Program-made: the position numbers and the translations under genes | Part shown: positions 24,124 to 31,666 of the stretch, piece by piece | Numbering within the stretch: position 1 is the stretch's first letter | Layout of the letters: the number at the start of each line of letters is the position of its first letter | The notes under the pieces: model-generated | Seen by the model: only the letters and a program-made list of their open reading frames with translations | Database searches by the model: none | What the model was told of the DNA's origin: nothing | NCBI GenBank assembly: GCA_002779355.1 | Contig: PEWS01000040.1 | Location: 1 to 32,375, forward strand | Reading direction: 5' to 3' | From: Candidatus Nealsonbacteria bacterium CG07_land_8_20_14_0_80_39_13 | GTDB taxonomy: Bacteria > Patescibacteriota > Minisyncoccia > Minisyncoccales > GCA-002779355 | Length of the DNA stretch: 32,375 nucleotides

Positions 24124-24651
24124 ATGCCATTAACTAAAAAACGAAAACAAAATATCGTAGAAAGCTTAAAGAGCAAGTTTGAAAAGCAAAAATCTATAAT
24201 TTTTCTTGACTACTGTGGCTTGAAGGTAAAAGACACTCTCAATTTGAGGAAGAAAATGAAGGAACAGGGATGCGAGTTAAAAATAGCCAAAAAAACATTG
24301 CTCGGATTGATTCTTGACGGCTCGGGACAGGGAATGAAAGAGAAAGTGAAGAAATTGCCCGGGCAAATAGCTATCGGATTCGGATATGAAGATGAAGTAA
24401 TGCCCTTTAAGATTTCAGGAGATTTTTCAAAAACAAATACTAACGTTAAGGTTTTGGGAGGAATATTGAGTACGAAGAAAGATGAATTTTTATCTTCAGA
24501 GCAGGCGATAGTCTTATCGCAATTGCCGAGCAAGAAAGAACTTTTGGCGAAATTGGTAGGAAGCATGAAGTCCCCGATATCAGGCTTCGTCAATGTTTTA
24601 GGGGGGAATCTTAAAGGTCTGTTGCGTGTTTTAAGCCAAATCAAATCATAA
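24124..24651 (+). CDS. rplJ: 50S ribosomal protein L10
   Basis: A 175-aa ORF immediately upstream of rplL, with an L10-like pattern ([21 protein letters not shown]). Confidence 0.9.
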   Translation: MPLTKKRKQNIVESLKSKFEKQKSIIFLDYCGLKVKDTLNLRKKMKEQGCELKIAKKTLLGLILDGSGQGMKEKVKKLPGQIAIGFGYEDEVMPFKISGDFSKTNTNVKVLGGILSTKKDEFLSSEQAIVLSQLPSKKELLAKLVGSMKSPISGFVNVLGGNLKGLLRVLSQIKS

Positions 24652-24670
24652 TAAATTAACCAAAAAAAAT

Positions 24671-25099
24671 ATGACAGAAGAAATTAAAAAAGAGGAAGAA
24701 GCAGTAGAGGTACCGGAGAAATTTAAAAAATTAGTCGGAGAAATAGAGCAGATGTCCGTTTTGGACTTAGCTGAATTAGTAAAGGTATTGGAGAAGAAAT
24801 TCGGCGTTTCCAGCGCTACTCCAATGGTTATGGTCGCTGCCGGAGGAGTCGCAGGAGGAGCTCCTGCCACAGAAGAGAAATCTTCTTTCAATGTTGAACT
24901 CAAAGCAGCAGGCGACAAGAAAATTGAAGTAATTAAAGCAGTTAGAGATCTTACGGGAAAGGGATTGAAAGAGGCTAAAGATTTAGTTGACGCCGTCGTC
25001 GCCGCTCCTCAAATGATTAAGGAGAATGTTAAGAAAGAGGAAGCGGAAGAAATGAAGAAGAAATTCACTGAAGCCGGCGCCACCGTAGAACTGAAATAA
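24671..25099 (+). CDS. rplL: 50S ribosomal protein L7/L12
   Basis: An Ala/Gly hinge ([12 protein letters not shown]) and the C-terminal domain [24 protein letters not shown]...[22 protein letters not shown]. Confidence 0.95.
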   Translation: MTEEIKKEEEAVEVPEKFKKLVGEIEQMSVLDLAELVKVLEKKFGVSSATPMVMVAAGGVAGGAPATEEKSSFNVELKAAGDKKIEVIKAVRDLTGKGLKEAKDLVDAVVAAPQMIKENVKKEEAEEMKKKFTEAGATVELK

Positions 25100-25109
25100 G
25101 CGAAAAACA

Positions 25110-25140
25110 AAATCCCGCAGAAATGCGGGATTTGCTTTAT
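25110..25140 (+). terminator. Rho-independent terminator of rplJ-rplL
   Basis: AAATCCCGCA-GAAA-TGCGGGATTT followed by GCTTTATTT. Confidence 0.7.
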
Positions 25141-25183
25141 TTATAATCCTCTTTTTCCAAACGACAAAAGTTTTTGTCATCTC

Positions 25184-25244
25184 GAAAAAAAGTGTCTTGA
25201 ATTTTAGTTTTCTAAATTAGTTTTCTAAAATTCAAGACTTTTTA
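25184..25244. terminator. Bidirectional terminator-like hairpin between the convergent rplL and 531-aa genes
   Basis: A 13-bp perfect stem GTCTTGAATTTTA/TAAAATTCAAGAC (25194-25238) is flanked by A7 on the left and T5 on the right. The loop holds the direct repeat AGTTTTCTAAA twice. A second small hairpin ATGCGA-TATTAG-TCGCAT spans 25254-25271. Confidence 0.6.
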
Positions 25245-25279
25245 TAAAGGGTCATGCGATATTAGTCGCATAACTCTAT

Positions 25280-26875
25280 TTATATAAAGTCTTCGCCCAG
25301 AATAAAGACTTTTTTACCATTGCTTTTTTTGGTTCTTAATGTGCTTTTTAGTTTCTCGAAGTCTTCGTGCTCGGCTTTTTCAGCCAGCTTTCTTGCGCAC
25401 CTTGGCAGCCAGCAATGTTTGAACAGACATCCTTTGCATCCCCCCTTAATTTTTTCCGAACAATCATTGGGGAAAAAATCTTTGTCCGCTCCCATTGCCA
25501 CGACGTTAAGGATGTCGTCTTCACTAAGTAACGATCTGTCCTTACTTGTTTCCATCGTCCCGTTCACGATCCCGATTATCTCATCACCTGCGGATATCGC
25601 GTACCAGACGTCCGATTGCAAGTCTTCCGGTTCGGTCAATTCTTTGTAAGAGAGAGTTTTCTCGGTTCTTCTTGCTCTGGCCTCTTTTTTCCTCAGTATT
25701 GCTAAGGTATCTTTATTTTCTACCGTTATCCGATTGTTTTCTAAGCGGTAAAAAATTTGAATGCCTGTATTTCTTCCCATTGTTGTCACGTCATTAATGA
25801 CGACTGCACCGGTTCTATACCAGTTTCTATAGTATGCGGGAAACGAGGGAATGTCTGCGCCTATCTCAGTGGCTTTTTTCTTCATGGCACTTGTGATCCT
25901 GAACAGCGCCATTGTCTGTGGTTCTCCGCAGAGTCCTTTTACCTGTTCAGATTTGTCAGGCATCATTTCCCCACAACGATAGAATCCTGTCTGTTTCTCC
26001 ATCCACAAATCCAGAACCTTGAAGGTTAAATGCTCTATTTCCTTCTTTTTTCCGATTAGGATAGCATCGCCTATAAGACCGCCAAGACTTAAGTATGGGG
26101 CGTCACCTAGAGAGGTTTCATCTATATGTTTTTCTAAAGGGAGAACCCTTTCGTCCGAACAGTTTTCTAATCTTCCGGTTTTCACTCTTTGTTCTACCCA
26201 GAAATTTAGCATTTTCCCTGCTTGTTTTTTGCACTCACTTCTGATTTTCCTAAAGCTGTTTTTGTCTTCGGACTTATAATAAAGCCTTTCTGCCTCATAA
26301 TGGATGTCGAAGAGGAACTCTGCTTCTTTCAACGCTTCCCTTTTATCGTCAGCCACCGCATATGTCAAGTTTATTATTTGGGGAAGATTCAATGTTTTGC
26401 TTTTTTTCCTAATAACTTTTTCGTTGACTATGCCGATCAATCTCTGAATAGCCGGGTTGTCATTTATTTTAAGCCGTCTGGCTAAGACTTCCGTAGCGCA
26501 CATTTCTCTTCCATTATCGGCAAATTCATGCCCCACGAAACAACAGTGCCCTTCCAATTCTTTTGGCGCAGGTCCCACATCTATGAGAAAATTGCCTTTA
26601 TTGGCTAGGGTAATAATGTCATTAACGTCGAGCTCTCCTTCTACGAGCCTTATTCTATTTTTTTCTATTTTTGAATTTCCGAATCTACTCTCCAGCACCC
26701 AACACATAGTCGAGTCCAGATTAAGCGGTTTACGTATTACGTAATGCCGTTCGTCCACAGTTCTTTCTTCCATTTGCGACCTCTCGTCACTTTGTCCTTT
26801 TGGATTCTTCTTATAAGAACCCTCACGTCCCTTTGGACGGGTACCTTTTAGGGGCACCTTTATTTTGTTCTCCAT
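25280..26875 (-). CDS. Hypothetical 531-aa protein (basic N-terminus, His/Cys cluster, C-terminal 5-Cys cluster), no recognisable family
   Basis: A long uninterrupted ORF convergent to rplL, with its own promoter, leader and terminators. Notable motifs are EGHCCFVGHEFADNGREMC and DCSEKIKGGCKGCLFKHCWLPRC. Confidence 0.8.
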   Translation of the reverse strand: MENKIKVPLKGTRPKGREGSYKKNPKGQSDERSQMEERTVDERHYVIRKPLNLDSTMCWVLESRFGNSKIEKNRIRLVEGELDVNDIITLANKGNFLIDVGPAPKELEGHCCFVGHEFADNGREMCATEVLARRLKINDNPAIQRLIGIVNEKVIRKKSKTLNLPQIINLTYAVADDKREALKEAEFLFDIHYEAERLYYKSEDKNSFRKIRSECKKQAGKMLNFWVEQRVKTGRLENCSDERVLPLEKHIDETSLGDAPYLSLGGLIGDAILIGKKKEIEHLTFKVLDLWMEKQTGFYRCGEMMPDKSEQVKGLCGEPQTMALFRITSAMKKKATEIGADIPSFPAYYRNWYRTGAVVINDVTTMGRNTGIQIFYRLENNRITVENKDTLAILRKKEARARRTEKTLSYKELTEPEDLQSDVWYAISAGDEIIGIVNGTMETSKDRSLLSEDDILNVVAMGADKDFFPNDCSEKIKGGCKGCLFKHCWLPRCARKLAEKAEHEDFEKLKSTLRTKKSNGKKVFILGEDFI

Positions 26876-27113
26876 TTTTGTTTTTTATATATTTTTTATA
26901 TTTTTGGCTTATCTCCCTTCAGATTCTTTCTCTCTTCAGGGTGCCAAGCTGGCCACTAATTTCTTAACGAACAATTTGGCTACCTGAAGAATTCATTTCT
27001 TCCCTTCTGCAATAAAAAACAAAAATGGCTTCTTCCCGCCGTCGGGCGGGACCCCCCGCCTATAGCGGGGTGGCTTTCTCTTTATGGATTTTTAAAGAAC
27101 TACCAATGTTTAC
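26876..27113 (-). promoter_or_regulatory. Structured 5' leader, possibly containing an independent small RNA, upstream of the 531-aa gene
   Basis: Two adjacent GC-only hairpins (27052-27073 and 27035-27050) are followed by a U5-G-U6 run (27025-27014). An imperfect 13-bp-stem hairpin spans 26933-26990. Confidence 0.35.
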
Positions 27114-27120
27114 TGTTTAG

Positions 27121-27150
27121 AGTATAGTATATCTATATATATTTTGTCAA
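27121..27150 (-). promoter_or_regulatory. Near-consensus sigma70-type promoter driving the leader and 531-aa gene
   Basis: On the minus strand: TTGACA (27150-27145), an 18-nt spacer, and TATACT (27126-27121). Confidence 0.55.
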
Positions 27151-27201
27151 ACATTTTTCGGAAAACGCTGATAGATGCTGATATTGCTGATTTCCGTTAA
27201 T

Positions 27202-27265
27202 AAAAAAACAGATTAACCCGTTCCAGCCAGAGGCTGGTCCACCTATGGCGGAAACCCGTTAATCT
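27202..27265 (-). terminator. Terminator-like long interrupted hairpin after the 717-aa gene
   Basis: The outer stem AGATTAAC/GTTAATCT (27210-27217 / 27258-27265) encloses a GC-rich repeat hairpin. A U7 run follows on the minus strand (27208-27202). Confidence 0.45.
27223..27251. repeat. GC-rich repeat copy embedded in a terminator hairpin
   Basis: CCAGCCAGAGGCTGGTCCACCTATGGCGG. Confidence 0.65.
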
Positions 27266-27280
27266 CTTAATTTCAAAATA

Positions 27281-29434
27281 TCAGAAAGTGATTTTGAAGA
27301 CTTCTAAGCCATTAAGAATGTAAATGGTTTTGCCGTTTTCGGAAACGGAGAAGTCTAAAAGATTGTCAAAGCTGTCGCTTTGAAATTGCCTGATAACCTT
27401 TCCTGTTTTGTCCAGAATGATTATCCTTTTTTGAGATGGCTCTGAAATATACAAATAAGGGAGTTCGGTTGAAGTAAAAATCTTTGACAAATCTTTAATC
27501 GCCGGGAAAATATCTATTTTTAAAGTTTCCTTGAATTCGCCGGCGTAATATCTGTATATGGAATTATCTTTTGCCAGAACCCAGACATTGTCGTCAACCG
27601 CCATTGATTTGGCGTCAATATTTCTTGAAGCGTCGGAGGAAAGCCAAGAAACAGCCTCCACCCATTTGGATTTCCCGAGGAAAGGGTATTTTATTATTTT
27701 TCCGGATTTTTTATCCAGAAAGTAAAGATGAGAGGCGAAAGAAGAGACATTGCTCAAATTAGCTTCCGGATAGGGGGGGACCAAGGTGAGGGGATCCTCT
27801 ATTCCCCCTACATTTAGTCCTGTTATCTGATTTGGCCCCGAGAATAAAATCACAAAATCAGTCAGATTTGCGGCTGAATCAAATTTTTGCTCTGTTTCCT
27901 CTTTATTTCCCTGCCCCTTTTCATCCAATCTGAATAATCCTTGAGCATAATGGCTGAAGAAATAATTGTCTTTCCCAAAAGAGATGATCCTTTGCGGAAC
28001 AAAATTTTCCGATTTAAATTGGAAAAATATTTCAGGATTTTTTATTTCCTCCAGATTATTCAGTTCGTTCAATTCTTGAGATATTTTATTTTCCAAGGAA
28101 AGAATTTGTCCCCTTAATTCTTTGGGCACAAAAACCGACTCCTTAATCAAAACAGATATTTCATTCCAGCTTTCTTCAAGGAGAACGTCAGCGTCTTTTC
28201 TTGCTTGAGGGTTTGTTTCTTTCAATAGCAGAAAGCTTTCCGCTTGTTCAACTTTTTGCTCAATTTTTTCAAAATCTTCCCGATAGTTTTCCACTTTTTT
28301 GTTTTCTTGCCAGCTAAAAATCAGAAAACCGATAAATAGGCAGATAAAAAAGGAAAATATCAGGAACAGATTACTTTGAATTCTCCTTGACTCGTCCATA
28401 TCTTTTATCCTCATTTTAAGCTTGAGAACCGGAAAGGAAAAATTATCTAAAGCCGGCAAATTGATATAGAATCTTTTTTTCTGCGCATCCTTTTTTGTTT
28501 TTTTTATCTTTGGCGCAGACGATTTCTTTGTTGTCTTTTTGAATTGGGACTTGAGGAAGTTGAAAACAGGAAGAATAATTTTTTTCATTAAAAGATTCTT
28601 CGCCTTTTTAGCCGGCGCAGTGAATGGAATAAAAACCGCTTCCCTGAAAGAAAATTCTTTTTTCTCGGCTCGGGAGGAGATTCTCTCTTTTTTCTGCGGA
28701 GCTAAGCTATTTTCCTTTAAGTTTTCTTTTACCGGGATTTCTTTTGAATTTCCTTTTTTCGGAGTCTTGTCGTTAAGGAATAGAAGCAGGAAAACGCCTG
28801 AAATAACAGACAGCTCTTTCTTCTTAGATTTAAGAAACAGCTTAAGGCTTTCTCCATTAAAAGGCTTTATTTTAGCTATTTCTTCCGTTAATTTTTTGTC
28901 GGTAAAAAAATCAAAAACATCTTTGGTGAAAGCCATCAGAATATCTCCTTCAGCGATTTTACCCGAGGCAATGTTGCCGAAAACTTTCAATGGAAAAGGC
29001 TCTATGGTTTCATTTTTTATCTTTTCATCAATGTTAATCAGCTGGCCTTCCCTAATCAGGATAAATTTTATATCTCCTGTCTTGGTAAAATTGATTTCAG
29101 AATTTTTTATTGCAATCGCCCCGAGGTTTAAATTGCCCAACCAGCCGACTTCTCCATTTTTCGTCAATTCCTGCAAATATTCATTGGCTTTCTGAAGGCT
29201 TTTCTTTAAAGATTCTTCACTGGAGACCAAAGTTGAACCATAATACCTTTCCCTTATCAGCTTGGCTAATTTATCCAAAAAGGCGACATCGTGGGGGATG
29301 GCGTTTCTAAGAAGTCCGAGCATATATAAGCTTCCGACTCTCCGTTCGTAAACATTTTCCGGCTCATAGCAAAAGCTGTCAAAAATTAAACTCGGTTTCA
29401 AATCGGGATTAAAATGAAATTCAAAAACTTGCAT
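27281..29434 (-). CDS. Membrane protein with an N-terminal degenerate PP2C/SpoIIE-like domain, a K-rich linker, one TM segment and a C-terminal beta-propeller-like region
   Basis: A 717-aa ORF. The N-terminal pattern LGAIAIKNSEINFTKTGDIKFILIREGQ...GKIAEGDILMAFTKDV resembles the PPM fold without clear catalytic Asp motifs. The TM segment is LFLIFSFFICLFIGFLIFSW. The C-terminal part has repeated beta-strand motifs. The fold calls are tentative. Confidence 0.7.
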   Translation of the reverse strand: MQVFEFHFNPDLKPSLIFDSFCYEPENVYERRVGSLYMLGLLRNAIPHDVAFLDKLAKLIRERYYGSTLVSSEESLKKSLQKANEYLQELTKNGEVGWLGNLNLGAIAIKNSEINFTKTGDIKFILIREGQLINIDEKIKNETIEPFPLKVFGNIASGKIAEGDILMAFTKDVFDFFTDKKLTEEIAKIKPFNGESLKLFLKSKKKELSVISGVFLLLFLNDKTPKKGNSKEIPVKENLKENSLAPQKKERISSRAEKKEFSFREAVFIPFTAPAKKAKNLLMKKIILPVFNFLKSQFKKTTKKSSAPKIKKTKKDAQKKRFYINLPALDNFSFPVLKLKMRIKDMDESRRIQSNLFLIFSFFICLFIGFLIFSWQENKKVENYREDFEKIEQKVEQAESFLLLKETNPQARKDADVLLEESWNEISVLIKESVFVPKELRGQILSLENKISQELNELNNLEEIKNPEIFFQFKSENFVPQRIISFGKDNYFFSHYAQGLFRLDEKGQGNKEETEQKFDSAANLTDFVILFSGPNQITGLNVGGIEDPLTLVPPYPEANLSNVSSFASHLYFLDKKSGKIIKYPFLGKSKWVEAVSWLSSDASRNIDAKSMAVDDNVWVLAKDNSIYRYYAGEFKETLKIDIFPAIKDLSKIFTSTELPYLYISEPSQKRIIILDKTGKVIRQFQSDSFDNLLDFSVSENGKTIYILNGLEVFKITF

Positions 29435-29477
29435 AATTTTATTATACTATTTTATTCCAATATGTTAAAATATCAGT

Positions 29478-29951
29478 ATGGTGGATAACAAAAAAAACGA
29501 GAAGGAAACTGTCGTCGGAGGCACTTTTGACATACTCCATGACGGACATAAAAAATTATTAAGAGAAGCTTACGGAATTGGAGGGAGAGTGATGATCGGC
29601 TTAACTTCTGACGAAATGGCTCTGCAGACAAGGAACAGGGAGATAGCCGGCTTTGAAGATAGGAAGAAAGAATTAGAACTTTTTATTTCCGGAGAATTAA
29701 AGTCAAAGCCGGATGTTGTGGAAATTAAAGATAAATTCGGCTCTACCCTTGAGAGGGATTTTGATTATATAGTGGTTTCTCCGGAAACTTTCCCGACCGC
29801 CATAGCCATCAATGAGGAAAGAAAAAAAATAAATAAAAAGTCGATAGAGATTATTAAAATAGATTTTGTCTTAGCCGAAGACGGAAAACCTATTTCTTCA
29901 GAAAGAATATCAAAAGGAGAAATAGATAAACACGGCAAACTACTAAGCTAG
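29478..29951 (+). CDS. Cytidylyltransferase-fold protein, archaeal/eukaryotic-type phosphopantetheine adenylyltransferase-like
   Basis: VVGGTFDILHDGHKKLL (the GxFxxxHxGH nucleotidyltransferase motif) and IGLTSDEMA. About 157 aa. Confidence 0.7.
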   Translation: MVDNKKNEKETVVGGTFDILHDGHKKLLREAYGIGGRVMIGLTSDEMALQTRNREIAGFEDRKKELELFISGELKSKPDVVEIKDKFGSTLERDFDYIVVSPETFPTAIAINEERKKINKKSIEIIKIDFVLAEDGKPISSERISKGEIDKHGKLLS

Positions 29952-30011
29952 CTTGTAGGAATTAGCTTGTAGGCGGGTAGCCTACAACCTACTGCCCTAC
30001 AACCTACAAAC
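29949..30011. repeat. TTGTAGG / CCTACAA direct and inverted repeat cluster between the PPAT-like gene and ybaB
   Basis: AGCTTGTAGG occurs twice, then TTGTAGG-CGGGTAG-CCTACAA forms a hairpin, then CCTACAACC occurs twice. Confidence 0.8.
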
Positions 30012-30018
30012 TAAACAT

Positions 30019-30270
30019 ATGTTTGACCAACTTAAAAATTTAGGAAAAATGAGAGAGATTCAAAATATACTCTCTAAGGAAAGAGTAACCGTTGAAAGAG
30101 ACGGAATTAAGGTTACGGTTAACGGAAAAATGGAAATGGAAGAAATAATCTTAAGCCCCGATATGGAGAAGGGGAAACAGGAAAGAATCTTAAAAGATTG
30201 CATTAATGAAGCGGTCAAGAAAATTCAATTTTCAGCTGCTCAAAAAATGTCCCAAATGGGCGGATCTTAA
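30019..30270 (+). CDS. ybaB: YbaB/EbfC-family nucleoid-associated protein
   Basis: An 83-aa ORF. The pattern MFDQLKNLGKM...VTVERDGIKVTVNGKMEMEEIILSPD matches the YbaB layout. Confidence 0.7.
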   Translation: MFDQLKNLGKMREIQNILSKERVTVERDGIKVTVNGKMEMEEIILSPDMEKGKQERILKDCINEAVKKIQFSAAQKMSQMGGS

Positions 30271-30275
30271 TTTCC

Positions 30276-30614
30276 ATGATAATCGTAGAAAGGAAACCTG
30301 AGAAAATTTTATGGACAGAACACTCAAAAAGAAAAATGCGCTATTATCGGCTCTCTGAAGGTAAAGTTTTAAGGGTATTAAGAAGGCCTGATAGGAAAGA
30401 AGAGGGAATCGCTCCGAAAACAATCGCTGTTATGCAGAAAAGCGGAACAAAGAAGAGGCCGACGGAAATTTGGATGATGTACCAAATAAAAAATGGAAAA
30501 ATAAGGAAGGTTATAATAATAAGCGCGTGGAGGTATCCGGGGATAAGTCCGATCGGAGAAAAATTACCGATACCGATTGACATCCTTGAAGAACTTTCCG
30601 ATTTAATAAATTAA
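30276..30614 (+). CDS. Hypothetical small basic protein (possibly DUF4258-like)
   Basis: A 112-aa ORF that begins 5 nt after the ybaB stop. WTEHSKRKMRYYRLSEGKVLRVLRRPD loosely resembles DUF4258 and is not verified. Confidence 0.55.
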   Translation: MIIVERKPEKILWTEHSKRKMRYYRLSEGKVLRVLRRPDRKEEGIAPKTIAVMQKSGTKKRPTEIWMMYQIKNGKIRKVIIISAWRYPGISPIGEKLPIPIDILEELSDLIN

Positions 30615-30636
30615 TCTAAAGTTAAAATAATTGAAT

Positions 30637-31647
30637 ATGAAAAAATTCGCTTTTTTAATCCATCCAAGAGCATCACTTCGGGAAGATATGGGAAAAGTCT
30701 TTCCTCTTTTTAAATTTCTGCCGGAAAAATTTCTGGAATGGATGGTCAAATGTTTGAATCCGATGGCCAGAGGAAAAATAATCTTTTCAGGAAGCAAGGA
30801 GGTAGCGGGATGGATTATTGTCGTTCCACTGTCTGCCCGTCAATTTTTTTCCTTGCCAAGGGATTTTGTTGTGAAAAAAATAATAAAAGCGGTGGAGATG
30901 GCGAAAAAAATGGGCGTTGAGGTTGTCGGGTTAGGAGAACTTACCTCTCCCGTCACTCATGGTGGAGAAAATTTAAAAGCGAAGATAGACGGGGTTGCTA
31001 TCACCACTGGTAATTCTTTGACTGCGGCCATCGCAGTTAAAGTTATTGAAAAAATAAATAATATCAGGAGTTTAGATATCGTAAAGGAAAAGATAGCTAT
31101 AATTGGAGCGGGCGGTTCTGTCGGGAAGGGAGCGTCTTTTCTTTTGGCTCAAAAAGGCGCCTCTTTGATTTTAGTTGAAAAAGAAGAAAAAATAGAAGCT
31201 TTAAAAAAAATTTTTTCTTCCTATGCTAACGTTCGGGTGGAAAAGGATATTTCTTTTATTAAGGAAGCGGAAATAGTGGTGGTTACCACATCATCAACAG
31301 AACAGATTATAAAATCAGATTATTTGAAACAAGGAGCCATTGTTTATGACATCACCCAGCCTCGCAATACATCTCCTGATATACTGACAGAAAGAAAAGA
31401 CGTAACGATTATTGATGGGGGGGTTATTGATACCCCAAAGATTGATTACGGCATGAATATAGGTTTGAAAAAAAATCAAGCTTATGCATGTTTAGTGGAA
31501 ACAATGATTTGCGCCATGGAGGGGGATGGGGAAAGCCATACGGGATACACAACCCCTGAATCAGCAAGAAAAATGTTCAGTTTAATGGGAAAATATCAAG
31601 ATTATTTTAAGATAAATATTTCCCAAAGCTTTGGGAAGTCATTATAA
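30637..31647 (+). CDS. NAD(P)-binding oxidoreductase, COG5322 / acyl-ACP-reductase-like family
   Basis: The N-terminus KFAFLIHPR and the Rossmann motif IAIIGAGGSVGKGASFLLAQKG. I chose the ATG at 30637 rather than the TTG at 30631. Confidence 0.65.
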   Translation: MKKFAFLIHPRASLREDMGKVFPLFKFLPEKFLEWMVKCLNPMARGKIIFSGSKEVAGWIIVVPLSARQFFSLPRDFVVKKIIKAVEMAKKMGVEVVGLGELTSPVTHGGENLKAKIDGVAITTGNSLTAAIAVKVIEKINNIRSLDIVKEKIAIIGAGGSVGKGASFLLAQKGASLILVEKEEKIEALKKIFSSYANVRVEKDISFIKEAEIVVVTTSSTEQIIKSDYLKQGAIVYDITQPRNTSPDILTERKDVTIIDGGVIDTPKIDYGMNIGLKKNQAYACLVETMICAMEGDGESHTGYTTPESARKMFSLMGKYQDYFKINISQSFGKSL

Positions 31648-31666
31648 GTTAATCTATTTCTCATCA

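Noticed and set aside
25280-26875. The 531-aa protein as a TnpB/Cas12-like or IscB-like RNA-guided nuclease with the upstream RNA as its guide.
   Set aside because: LIDVG and the C-terminal Cys cluster are superficially reminiscent of such nucleases. However, I could not find a RuvC-II Glu or RuvC-III DxNAA-type motif, an HNH motif, IS ends or an adjacent array. The idea stays untested rather than supported.
27035-27073. The twin GC hairpins as a guanidine-II (mini-ykkC) riboswitch, or as SRP RNA helix 8.
   Set aside because: The loops are CGAC and CUAUA on the transcribed strand, not ACGR. No GGAA tetraloop with an AGCA symmetric-loop context is present.
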